From Actinomycetota bacterium (GTDB lineage Bacteria; Actinomycetota; Acidimicrobiia; IMCC26256; PALSA-610), in assembly GCA_003134555.1 (NCBI GenBank), contig PLBO01000070.1:99226-163225 (forward strand): a stretch of DNA of 64,000 nucleotides. The letters are read 5' to 3'. Shown here piece after piece: positions 9,055-17,535 of this stretch (positions are counted from its first letter, which is position 1; each line of letters opens with the position of its first letter). The notes beneath the pieces were generated by a model. It saw nothing but the letters and a program-made list of their open reading frames with translations. It did not search any database and was not told the origin of the DNA. The translations under genes were made by a program, and so were the position numbers.

Positions 9055-11316
9055 TCACTCCACCGCGCCGGTCGTCCGCAATGCGTCGATCTCGGCGTTG
9101 CTCAAGCCCAGCAATTCGCCGAGTGCCCATTCGTTGTCCTGGCCCAGCGTCGGACCCGCCCGGTCGTAGCCGCCCGGACACGCAGCGAGACGAAATCCGT
9201 TCCGTTCGTACAGGCCGGGGCCGAGGAACGGGTGCTCGAGTCGTTCGAAGTGACCGCGGTACGTGAGCTGCGGATCGTCGTGCAGGTCGGCGAAGTCGTG
9301 AACCGGAACTGCCTCGATCCCGGCCGCTTGGAGCTGCTCGGCGACAACGGCTCGCGTGTGCACCCGCGTCCACGACTCCACGTCGTCGCCTGCAATCGAT
9401 CGCAGCCGGGCCAGCTCGTCGTCGGTCCAGCACGCGATCGTGACCCAGCGGTCGCGGATGCCGTCCTCGTCGAGGCACGCGAACGCGCCGTGCAGGCGCG
9501 CATCTCGGTGGTTGTTGCCGTCGCGCAGGTGGAGGACGCCGTCGATCTCGTAGTCGAGGAGCCACGGCGCGAGCGTCCAGATCGCGGACTCGACCTGCGA
9601 CACATCGAGGTACACGCCATGGCCGGTGCGGCGGCGGTAGTGCAGACCCGCGGCGAGCGCGGCCGCGACGTAGCGGGGCGCGAGCGAATCGGTGATCGTG
9701 CCGTACGGTCCGACGGGCTCGCGGTCGGGCCACCCGGTCAGCGCGTTGTAGCCGGCGAGCGCCGAGCCCTGGCCGCCGAAGCCGGGGTAATCCTTGTGCG
9801 GACCGGTCTGGCCGTTCAGGCACGCGCTCATCATGACGAGGTCGGGCTTGATCGCGGCGAGGCTGTCGTAGTCGAGTCCGAAGCTCTTCATCGCGCGCGG
9901 TGCAAAGTTCTCGGCCACGGCGTCGGCCCACTCGACGACGAGCCGGCGCACGATCTCGACGGCTGCGGGTTGCTTCAGGTTGAGCGTGAGGTTGCGCTTG
10001 CCGACGTTGAGCCCGTCGTACATCGGCGCGCCCTCGAGGCCATGCGGGTTGTCGGGAACCGCGAGCGCCATCGCGCGCAGGAAGTCGGGGCGCGTACGCG
10101 ACTCGATCCGCAGGACGATGGCGCCGTTCTCGGAGAAGTACCGCGTCGCGATCGGCCCGGCCGCGCCGGCCCCGAACTCCAGGATGTGTACGCCCTCCCA
10201 GGCCTTGCTTCCACGGGGAATGGGCGGGGAACGCGGGTAGGTCGGCGGTATGCGATCGGATTCGCCCCCGGCGGATTCAGGTCGCACCGGCGCCGCGACG
10301 CCGTCGGCGGAACGCACCACGACGAACGATCGCGGAAATCGTTCGATGCCGTCGACGGGTCCGAAGAACTCCCGGGACGCGAGCTGGGCCGACGCGTAGA
10401 TCTCCTTTGGAGAGTTCGCGGGTGCGAGCATGAGGTTGGTCTCGCACGCGATGTCGTAGAGCTCTTGCATCGTGTGGCGAGAGAAGTAGGCGGCGACGGC
10501 CGTCGCGATCGCGTCGAGCTGCTCGTCGCCGGCGGTGTTCTGGTTGAAGGTGATCCAGTCCTGGCTCGTGAGCGCGTCGGCGGGGATGCCGTCGGCGGCG
10601 ACGAGCTTCGTGATGGTCTCGAGGCTCGCGACGCGTGCCTTGCCCCCGCGCAGCCCGAACGACACGAAGCCGTCGAGCGCAGGCCAGATCTCGCGCGTGC
10701 GGCCGATGTTCGCGCCCCGTCGGCCGCCGCGGTTCCCGGTCTTGGGGAAGTTCGCCGGAGCGACCATGTTCGCAACGAGCACGACCTCCTGCATCGACAC
10801 GTCTACCCGCTGCGGTACGCCGCTCCACAACGCGCTCAAGGCTGCATATGCGGCCTCACCCGCCGTGTGTGCATACGCCGCCGGCTCGGTGCAGCGCACC
10901 GGGGCCCGATCGGGATCGCCGGTACAGAACATGTTTCCGCTCGACGCCATGACGCCGAGATCGGACGCACGCCACGACGCACGTGGTCCGTCGAGTCCGA
11001 ACGGAGTGATGCTCACCCACGCCGCGCCCGGGGCGCGCGCGGGGTCGAGTTGGTGAGTGCCGTCGGCGCCGGGCGAGTCGAAGACCACGTCGGCCGCAGC
11101 CAGCAGCTCGTCGAGATCGGGATGGTCAGAGGCGAGCGGTACGACCTGCTTCCCGGCGTTCCACGCCCGAGCCACGTTGGCGCGCAATACATCGCCGGTC
11201 GGTGGCACGACCCGGACCACGGTGGCGCCGAGGTCGCCGAGGACGCGCGCGGCCCGAGCCGACGGCTCGCCGCCGAGATCGACGACGCGCAGATCCGCCA
11301 GCAGGCGTTGCGCCAC
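9055..11316 (-). CDS. Fused tandem family III CoA-transferase (two CaiB/BaiF-like modules)
   Basis: Module 1 begins LADLRVVDLGGEPSARAARVLGDLGATVVRV. Module 2 begins GVHILEFGAGAAGPIATRYFSENGAIVLRIESR. Start chosen at GTG 11316, with GGAGGGGG 8 nt upstream. The track start at 11370 would abut the divergent gene. Confidence 0.8.
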   Translation of the reverse strand: MAQRLLADLRVVDLGGEPSARAARVLGDLGATVVRVVPPTGDVLRANVARAWNAGKQVVPLASDHPDLDELLAAADVVFDSPGADGTHQLDPARAPGAAWVSITPFGLDGPRASWRASDLGVMASSGNMFCTGDPDRAPVRCTEPAAYAHTAGEAAYAALSALWSGVPQRVDVSMQEVVLVANMVAPANFPKTGNRGGRRGANIGRTREIWPALDGFVSFGLRGGKARVASLETITKLVAADGIPADALTSQDWITFNQNTAGDEQLDAIATAVAAYFSRHTMQELYDIACETNLMLAPANSPKEIYASAQLASREFFGPVDGIERFPRSFVVVRSADGVAAPVRPESAGGESDRIPPTYPRSPPIPRGSKAWEGVHILEFGAGAAGPIATRYFSENGAIVLRIESRTRPDFLRAMALAVPDNPHGLEGAPMYDGLNVGKRNLTLNLKQPAAVEIVRRLVVEWADAVAENFAPRAMKSFGLDYDSLAAIKPDLVMMSACLNGQTGPHKDYPGFGGQGSALAGYNALTGWPDREPVGPYGTITDSLAPRYVAAALAAGLHYRRRTGHGVYLDVSQVESAIWTLAPWLLDYEIDGVLHLRDGNNHRDARLHGAFACLDEDGIRDRWVTIACWTDDELARLRSIAGDDVESWTRVHTRAVVAEQLQAAGIEAVPVHDFADLHDDPQLTYRGHFERLEHPFLGPGLYERNGFRLAACPGGYDRAGPTLGQDNEWALGELLGLSNAEIDALRTTGAVE

Positions 11317-11369
11317 CGCTACCCCCTCCGAATAAACTGACACGAACGTCAGCAAAGGACGGTACCGCA

Positions 11370-12536
11370 ATGACGAAGTACGAGGTCGTCGACGCCGACT
11401 GCCACATCCTCGAGCCCCCCGACATCTGGACGAACTGGCTGTCGTCCAAGCATCAGGACAAGGCGCCGAAGCTCGTGAAGGATCACGAGGGCGGCGACGC
11501 GTGGCTCACCGCGGTCGGAGGCGATCCCGACCCGATCGGGCTCGTCGCGACGCCGGGCATGCCGTTCGACAAGTTCCGCTGGTACGGCGTCACCTACGAG
11601 GAGGCGCGCACCGGCTGCTACAACGGCGAGGCCCGGCTCGCCGACATGGACATCGACGGCGTCGACGCGGAGATCCTGTTCCCGCCGCAGCGCACGATGA
11701 GCCATTTCCTCGGTGACGACGACGACGATTTCGTGCTGGCCGGCGTGGAGGCCTACAACAATTTCCTGTTCGAGGAGTTCTGCGCGCCCGACCCGACCCG
11801 GTTGATCGGGCTCGCGCAGATCCCGTCACTCGGCATCGACAACGCCGTCGACTCGCTGCGCAAAGCCAAGGCGCGCGGCGCGAAGGGCGTGCTGATCTCG
11901 AACTGGCCCGCCGGCAAGGGGAGCATCTCGCGCGACGACGACCCGTTCTGGGCGGCGGCGGTCGACGAGGGCGTCCCGGTGTCGATCCACATCAACATCA
12001 TCAGTCGTCAGCAGCGCAGCGCGTCGCGCAAAGCGGCCGCGGCGAAGGGGAACCAGCTCTACAACATGCAGAGCGAGGCCACCCGCGCCAAGGCGATCGG
12101 TGGTATGAGCCACGTGTTCGCGATGGCGACCGGCGCGATGACCGACATGATCTTCACGGGCGTGTTCGAGCGCTTTCCCGAGCTGCAGGTCTGCTGGATC
12201 GAGACCGGCGTGGGTTGGATCCCGCACTTCCTCGAGTGCATCGACGACCGTTGGTGGCGGAACCGCGTTTGGGGCGACCTACCGCTCAGGGAGCCGCCGT
12301 CGTCGTACTGGTTCCGCAACAACGCGGCCAGCTTCATCGTCGACCGCACCGGTGTGGAGCTGCGCAACCGGGTCGGCGTCGAGAACATGATGTGGTCGAG
12401 CGACTATCCCCATCACGGCAACGACTGGCCGTACTCGCGCAAGACGATCGAGGAGATGATGGGCGGGATCGGCGAGCAGGAACGCGCGCTGATCACCGGC
12501 GGGAACGCGGCGCGGATCTGGGACCTGCACGACTAG
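11370..12536 (+). CDS. Amidohydrolase-2 family metal-dependent hydrolase (TIM barrel)
   Basis: Start ATG 11370 (MTKYEVVDADCHILEPPDIW). DxH metal motif at the N-terminus, and SSDYPHH near the C-terminus. Confidence 0.85.
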   Translation: MTKYEVVDADCHILEPPDIWTNWLSSKHQDKAPKLVKDHEGGDAWLTAVGGDPDPIGLVATPGMPFDKFRWYGVTYEEARTGCYNGEARLADMDIDGVDAEILFPPQRTMSHFLGDDDDDFVLAGVEAYNNFLFEEFCAPDPTRLIGLAQIPSLGIDNAVDSLRKAKARGAKGVLISNWPAGKGSISRDDDPFWAAAVDEGVPVSIHINIISRQQRSASRKAAAAKGNQLYNMQSEATRAKAIGGMSHVFAMATGAMTDMIFTGVFERFPELQVCWIETGVGWIPHFLECIDDRWWRNRVWGDLPLREPPSSYWFRNNAASFIVDRTGVELRNRVGVENMMWSSDYPHHGNDWPYSRKTIEEMMGGIGEQERALITGGNAARIWDLHD

Positions 12537-13258
12537 GAAGTCGCGTCGTCGAGCGGTACCCCGCCCACTCCCGTGCGCGTCTCCTGAGCGGTACGCACGG
12601 CCTCGAGTGTGAGCCGTTGGATCGTGCGTTGGTGCACGTAGTTCAACACGCGGTCGACGGCCGGAATCATGCGTTGCGAGTTCGCCGTCAGCCGGCGCTG
12701 CATCGCGACCAGCTCGTCTTGATCCCAGTCGCGGTCAACGCCGGCGAGCATCGTGTGCACGTCGGCCTGGAGCGCGCGGAAGTGGTGCACGTAGATGGCG
12801 CCGAGCTCGACGATGATGTCGTCGGTCATGCCGACCTCGCGCAGCTCCACGACCGCGCGCAGGAGGCCCAGATCGTTGTCGTCGTACACGTCGTGCCCGA
12901 GCGCCTCCGGCTCGGCGAGGAGCCCGATCTCGCGCAGGCGCGCGATGAGCTCGGTGTCGAGTCCCGAACGGGCGACCAGCTCCTCGAGGGTGTAGCTGCG
13001 CCCGTGTGAGACGAAGAGTTCCTCGAGCCCGGGGCGGTCCGCGTTCAGGAGCGCTCGGATCGCAGCCAGCGAGAACCGTTGGGCCTGCAGCTCGCGGATC
13101 CGGCCGAGACGCTCGAGATGCGGGGGGCCGTAGAGCTTGTGGCGTCCCGCTCGCTCGGGGGCGGCGAGCAGGCCTTCGCGGGCGTAGTACCGGATCGTGT
13201 CGACGGTGACGCCGGCCTCGTGGGCGAGCTCGTCGATCCGCCACCGGGAATCGGGCAC
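12533..13258 (-). CDS. MerR family transcriptional regulator (two MerR-like helix-turn-helix segments)
   Basis: 241 aa. WRIDELAHEAGVTVDTIRYYAREGLL..R.....R.Y is a canonical MerR HTH. A second, degenerate copy follows: YTLEELVARSGLDTELIARLREIGLL. Confidence 0.85.
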   Translation of the reverse strand: MPDSRWRIDELAHEAGVTVDTIRYYAREGLLAAPERAGRHKLYGPPHLERLGRIRELQAQRFSLAAIRALLNADRPGLEELFVSHGRSYTLEELVARSGLDTELIARLREIGLLAEPEALGHDVYDDNDLGLLRAVVELREVGMTDDIIVELGAIYVHHFRALQADVHTMLAGVDRDWDQDELVAMQRRLTANSQRMIPAVDRVLNYVHQRTIQRLTLEAVRTAQETRTGVGGVPLDDATS

Positions 13259-13265
13259 CGACGAG

Positions 13266-13303
13266 GTCCTTTAGGTTGACAGCGTAGACACTGAGAGCAT
13301 ATA
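13266..13303 (+). promoter_or_regulatory. Candidate MerR-type promoter with operator dyad
   Basis: TTGACA at 13266-13271, and TATACT at 13290-13295 (18-bp spacer). An imperfect 26-bp palindrome, ACACTGAGAGCA-TA-TACTCGCAGTGT (13278-13303, 10/12 arm match), spans the spacer and -10. It lies 8 bp from the divergent merR-like start. Confidence 0.45.
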
Positions 13304-13422
13304 CTCGCAGTGTTCTTCCACCAGGAGCATTGACTCAGGGCTCGTTGCTCAGGAGCAGTTACTCCTCGGTGGCGAACGTAGCAGCTCGATGCGGCTACGG
13401 AACGTGCTCGAGAGGAGTCGTC

Positions 13423-13560
13423 ATGAACGGAATCCGAGGCGAGGCCAAGGTCCAGGCCATCTCGTGGCTGGTGTCTCAGCTGCGCTGGGAGACGACGCTC
13501 GGCGCGCTCCGTCACGACGGCCACGAAGATGCCCTCGACGACGCCCGCAAGGCGGCCTGA
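13423..13560 (+). CDS. Hypothetical 45-aa protein
   Basis: ATG 13423 is preceded by GAGGAG (13412-13417). Third codon positions are G/C-biased. Sequence MNGIRGEAKVQAISWLVSQLRWETTLGALRHDGHEDALDDARKAA. I recognise no family. Confidence 0.45.
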   Translation: MNGIRGEAKVQAISWLVSQLRWETTLGALRHDGHEDALDDARKAA

Positions 13561-13690
13561 ACTCAACCGGACCAGCGTCGACTGCGGACCCCCGCCGCGG
13601 TCGACCCGCGATCGGCCCCGACCCTGCGGTCGGGGCCGAAACGCGTCCGAGGCGCTATACCCGCGCCCCGTCCGCGCCGAGAACATCCGG

Positions 13691-14230
13691 ATGCAGGCAA
13701 CCGCGCCGACTCTCGCGGCCGGCGTGAGACGCGCGGCGCTCGCCTTCAGCGTGCTTCCGACGCCACACGCCGACGCCATCGGACACCTGCTCACGATGCG
13801 CGAGCGGGTCCGCTTGCGGGAGGGGCTGACCCAGGTTCGGGATGCCTCCGACGACGAGCGGATCGGGGCGCTCCATGCCCTCGTCCGTGCCGTCCGCAAC
13901 GGAGTCGACTGGCCGGTGCTCGACGGTCACAACGCGGCCGACTGCCCGTTCGACGGCGTCGCCGGTCATCCACTGGGTCGCGTCGCCGCGGTGTTCGGGC
14001 AGCTTTCGGAAGGCCAGCCGGCAACGGTCGCGGTCGCCCTGTGCCACCTCCCGATCGACATCCGGGGTGAGGTCTGGGCGCGGCTCACGAGCCGGGCCCG
14101 CGCCCAGGTGGTGCTGCAGCTGCCCGAGGTCCCGCTCGTCGGCAGCGTGCGGACGCGCATCCTTGCGCGCGAGGTCGGGGCGCGACTCGCGCGTGCCGCC
14201 AAGATCGCGGCAACCCGTCCGAGCGTCTAA
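13691..14230 (+). CDS. Hypothetical protein, faint FliG/MgtE-N-like helical repeat
   Basis: Start ATG 13691 (MQATAPTLAAG...). The segment GQPATVAVALCHLPIDIRGEVWARLTSRARAQVVLQLPEV resembles the FliG/MgtE_N repeat. The resemblance is weak and by eye only. Confidence 0.5.
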   Translation: MQATAPTLAAGVRRAALAFSVLPTPHADAIGHLLTMRERVRLREGLTQVRDASDDERIGALHALVRAVRNGVDWPVLDGHNAADCPFDGVAGHPLGRVAAVFGQLSEGQPATVAVALCHLPIDIRGEVWARLTSRARAQVVLQLPEVPLVGSVRTRILAREVGARLARAAKIAATRPSV

Positions 14231-14360
14231 CCGCCGTCCGGCCCCGCTCGACTTCTTCAGCGTCGCTTACTCGGTTCTGCGGCCCCTCACGGATGCGCGG
14301 CGCAACGTGGGATCGCTTCGGAGATCCCCCGATGCATCCCGCTACCTGAAGGAGCAAATC

Positions 14361-14822
14361 ATGGAATCCGAACTGCAGACCGAGCCGACACCGCAATCGA
14401 GGTCGACCCCGAAACGCGGGCGCTGGCTGATCGTCAGCGCGGCCGCTCTAGGCGCGGCGATCGGCGGAGCCGGTATCGCGAACGCGGCGACAACCGGCTC
14501 CTCGTCGACAACGCCCCCGTCGTCCGCGACTCCGGCGGCGGACCCGGCGACGTTGTCGCACGGGCCGGGCGAGACCGTGCTCACCGGTACCACCGCGGAC
14601 AAGGTCAAGGCCGCGGCGCTCGCCGCGGCTCCCGGCGCGACGATCATACGGGTCGAGACCGACTCGGCCGGTTCGCCGTACGAGGCCCACATCACGAAGG
14701 CGGACGGCACCCGGGCCACGTTGAAGATCGACGCGAGCTTCAAGGTCACGTCGACGGAGCAGGGCTTCGGTGGCGGACCGAACGGTCAGGCACCGCCGGG
14801 CGCAGCCGCCCCGAGCGCCTGA
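14361..14822 (+). CDS. Secreted PepSY-like domain protein
   Basis: ATG 14361 with GAAGGAG 7 nt upstream. Signal-like RGRWLIVSAAALGAAIGGAGIANA, an S/T/P linker, then AAALAAAPGATIIRVETDSAGSPYEAHITKADGTRATLKIDASFKV (PepSY-like pattern). Confidence 0.65.
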   Translation: MESELQTEPTPQSRSTPKRGRWLIVSAAALGAAIGGAGIANAATTGSSSTTPPSSATPAADPATLSHGPGETVLTGTTADKVKAAALAAAPGATIIRVETDSAGSPYEAHITKADGTRATLKIDASFKVTSTEQGFGGGPNGQAPPGAAAPSA

Positions 14823-14851
14823 GCCCACGAGCGCGACCGGTCCGCAGGTTC

Positions 14852-14887
14852 GGTCCGGTGGCGGGATCGCACCCCCGCCGCCGGACC
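14852..14887 (+). terminator. Candidate intrinsic terminator hairpin
   Basis: GGTCCGGTGGCGGG / loop of about 8 nt / CCCGCCGCCGGACC: a 14-bp stem with one G-U pair, 30 nt after the stop at 14822. The downstream tract is only weakly T-rich (CTTGCGTCTTC). Confidence 0.4.
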
Positions 14888-15068
14888 GACCTTGCGTCTT
14901 CGGGGGAAGAACCGGAGACGCCGGCTGCCTACGCAATGCACGGCCGCGGTTACCCAGTCCCCCCGCGTCGTGAGACCCCGGCCGCTCCGTCCTTTGTCGA
15001 CCGGGACGAAAGGACCGGGGTCGACACCAACCATGACGTGAGCTCGTAAATGCTGTGTAAAACGCCGA

Positions 15069-15503
15069 TCAGGACCGGGCCCAGCGGGGGAGCGTCACGT
15101 CGTCGATCCGGTGGAACACGACGCGGACGGGCTCGCCGATCGTGATCGTGGCCGGGTCGATCTCGTTGATCTCACCGTCGGCGCCCGTGACGAGATTGCC
15201 GACGAAGCGGATCGTCGGAGCTTCGTCGAGCTCGACGACGATGGCGTTGTACGGCGCAACCGCGCTGAACGCCGGCAAGAGTGGCGGGTGCGCGACGATG
15301 AAGGACCAAATGCGACCTCGTCCGGAGGTGGGTTCCCACCTCACGTCGGTCGATCGGCAACGGGGGCACATCGGCCGCGGCGGCATCCGCCGCGTCCCGC
15401 ACGACCCGCACGCTTGGACGAGCAGCTCACCGCGCGCGCAACCCAGCCAGAATTCGCTCGCCGTCGGATCGGAGAGATCGGGCAACAGCCATCCCGTCTC
15501 CAT
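15069..15503 (-). CDS. DUF35 OB-fold/zinc-ribbon protein (thiolase partner)
   Basis: 144 aa. Zinc ribbon CGSCGTRRMPPRPMCPRC followed by an OB-fold segment. It lies 3 nt downstream of the thiolase-like gene. Confidence 0.85.
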   Translation of the reverse strand: METGWLLPDLSDPTASEFWLGCARGELLVQACGSCGTRRMPPRPMCPRCRSTDVRWEPTSGRGRIWSFIVAHPPLLPAFSAVAPYNAIVVELDEAPTIRFVGNLVTGADGEINEIDPATITIGEPVRVVFHRIDDVTLPRWARS

Positions 15504-15506
15504 CGC

Positions 15507-16685
15507 TCACGCGTCCTTCGTGAACAGGATCGCGGAGGTGGGAACGCCTTCGCCGCTCGTGACCAGCGACACGTCTGCACCCTCGACCTGCGCGGTCGAC
15601 GTGCCGCGGATCTGGCGCGCACCTTCGAGCACGAGATTGAAGCCGTGCACATACGCCTCCGACATCCCGCCGCCCGACGTGTTGACCGGGAGGCGTCCGT
15701 TCGGCCATTCGATGTTGCCGTCGTCGGTGAACGGACCTCCGTCGCCCCGCGCGCAGAACCCGTAGCCCTCCAACGACAAGATGATGAGCGGGCTGAACGC
15801 GTCGTACAGCTGTGCGACCTTGACGTCGGCCGGTGTCACGTCGGCCATCTCCCACATGCGCCGGGCCGCGGTCCAGGCCGGTCCGCGCAGGGGGTCTTCG
15901 TTGAAGTAGTTCGTCATCGTCTGATGCTGTGGCGGCAAGCCTTGCGCGAACGCGTGGATGTACGCGGGCGGCTGCTTCAGGTCGCGGGCCCGCTCCGCGG
16001 ATACGACCACGACCGCCAGCGCGCCGTCGGTCTCCAGGCAGTTGTCGAAGAGACACAGCGGTTCCGAGATCCAGCGGGCATTCATGTAATCGTCGCGCGT
16101 CATGGGTTTGTGGCCCATGGTCGAAGCCGGATTGCGCGAGGCGTGCTTGCGGAATGCGAGCGCGATGTTGGCGAGGTGGTCGCGTGTGCCTCCGTATTCG
16201 TGCATGTAGCGGCGCGTGAGCAGCGCGATCTCGTCGACGGGACGGATCACACCGAACGGCCGCGTCCACTGACTGCTGTCGGCGAGCCGGGCCTGCGCCT
16301 GGGCCCACGGTCGGCTCGTCGGATCGGCGCGCTTACGGGCGCGCCACGCGATCGCGACGCTGCACTGACCGGTCGCGACGGCCATCGCCGCCTGGCCCAC
16401 GACCCCACAACCGGCGCCGCCGCCGAACCCGACTTGCGAGAACCACGTGATCTCGCCGAGCCCGACGTTACGGGCCACGTCGACCTCACGATTCGGCTCC
16501 ATCGTGTACGAGGCGACGCCGTCGACCTCCGACGGATGGATGCCCGCGTCGGCGAGCGCACTCGAGATCGCCTGGCACGCGAGCGAGAGCTCGGTGTCGG
16601 CCAGTCCCTTGCCGAACGCGGTCTGCCCGATTCCGGCGACCGCGGTCTTGTTCTTGATCAGTCCGCTCGACGGTTGACGAGCCAC
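15507..16685 (-). CDS. Thiolase-like protein, SCP-x/nonspecific lipid-transfer (Ltp) type
   Basis: The track ORF is over-extended. GTG 16685 (VARQPSSGLIKNKTAVAGIGQTAFGKG) lies 4 nt after the crotonase stop. The C-terminus NTSGGGMSEAYVHGFN is typical of Ltp thiolases. Confidence 0.85.
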   Translation of the reverse strand: MARQPSSGLIKNKTAVAGIGQTAFGKGLADTELSLACQAISSALADAGIHPSEVDGVASYTMEPNREVDVARNVGLGEITWFSQVGFGGGAGCGVVGQAAMAVATGQCSVAIAWRARKRADPTSRPWAQAQARLADSSQWTRPFGVIRPVDEIALLTRRYMHEYGGTRDHLANIALAFRKHASRNPASTMGHKPMTRDDYMNARWISEPLCLFDNCLETDGALAVVVVSAERARDLKQPPAYIHAFAQGLPPQHQTMTNYFNEDPLRGPAWTAARRMWEMADVTPADVKVAQLYDAFSPLIILSLEGYGFCARGDGGPFTDDGNIEWPNGRLPVNTSGGGMSEAYVHGFNLVLEGARQIRGTSTAQVEGADVSLVTSGEGVPTSAILFTKDA

Positions 16686-16689
16686 CCGC

Positions 16690-17535
16690 TCACCAGCCCT
16701 TCCAATCGGGCGGCCGGCGCTCGCGGAACGATGCGACACCTTCTTTCGAGTCTTCGGTCGAGGTGTTGAGCTCGACGAGCATCGCCTCTTCCTCGAGCAG
16801 GTCACGGCGCGACAGCTCCGACGCGTCGTGCAGCAGTTTCTTCGACCAGCCAATGGCCTTCGTCGGACCGCTCGCGAGGCGCTCCGCCCATTCCTTCGCG
16901 GCGGCCCGTAGCTCCGCGGCGGGAACGACCTTGTTGACGATGCCGAGTTGCGCGGCGTCGGCGGCCGACAGGTCGTCACCGAAGAAGACGAGCTCTTTCG
17001 CCTTGTGCATCCCCACCACGCGCGGCAAGAGGTAGGCGACGCCCGCGTCGGGGATCAGGCCCCGCCGGACGAACACCTGGATGAGCTTGGCGTTGTCGGC
17101 CGCGATCACGAGATCGGCGGCGAGCACGAGCATCGATCCGCCGCCGGCCGCGGTGCCGTTCAGCGCAACGACGACGGGCTTCTCGCAGTCCTGGATCGCG
17201 GTCATCAGCTGCTGGAAGCCGGCGCGCATCATGTTGACGGCCGACCCGACGACGCGCTCGGGGGCTTCGGGCGGACGCGAGCCACGCGGGGGCTGCGGAA
17301 CCGAGAGATCGGCGCCGGTGCAGAAGTGCCGGTCGCCGGTGGCTGTCAACACGACGGCACGCACTCCGAGGTCTACGTGCGCGTTGCGGAACGCGTCGAT
17401 CAGTGCGTCGCGCACGTAGTAGGGGATCGCGTTGCCCTTGTCGGCCCGGTTGATCGTCAACCACAGCACGCCGTTATCGAGCCGGGTCAGCAACTCCCCG
17501 GACGCGTCCGTCGTCTCGTCTACAGCGTCGCTCAC
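16690..17535 (-). CDS. Enoyl-CoA hydratase/isomerase (crotonase)
   Basis: 281 aa. Motifs LTINRADKGNA, FCTGADL, and ...NGTAAGGG. The GTG start overlaps the upstream stop (GTGA). Confidence 0.9.
   Translation of the reverse strand: MSDAVDETTDASGELLTRLDNGVLWLTINRADKGNAIPYYVRDALIDAFRNAHVDLGVRAVVLTATGDRHFCTGADLSVPQPPRGSRPPEAPERVVGSAVNMMRAGFQQLMTAIQDCEKPVVVALNGTAAGGGSMLVLAADLVIAADNAKLIQVFVRRGLIPDAGVAYLLPRVVGMHKAKELVFFGDDLSAADAAQLGIVNKVVPAAELRAAAKEWAERLASGPTKAIGWSKKLLHDASELSRRDLLEEEAMLVELNTSTEDSKEGVASFRERRPPDWKGW

Noticed and set aside
8653-11340. 895-aa plus-strand ORF. Similar very long ORFs lie at 23738..26020(-), 51806..53890(-), 21763..23568(-), 58772..60763(-), 34880..36250(-) and 36409..37776(-).
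   Set aside because: All lie antisense to genes with clear family motifs. All have Arg/Ala/Pro/Gly/Asp-dominated low-complexity sequence and no recognisable motifs, which is typical of shadow ORFs in high-GC DNA. None is treated as coding.
13398-13411. Near-match to the KstR box (CGGAACGTGCTCGA) in the leader of the MerR-controlled small ORF.
   Set aside because: It breaks two of the eight fixed consensus positions (first T, and GTT read as GCT), and the right half-site is lost. It is probably a chance match and is not counted as a fourth box.
14995-15024. Second hairpin GTCGACCGG...CCGGGGTCGAC in the convergent gap, considered as a terminator for the minus-strand DUF35 gene.
   Set aside because: The stem is bulged, and the flank on the minus-strand RNA is A-rich rather than U-rich. 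It may contribute to bidirectional termination, but the evidence is too weak to annotate.
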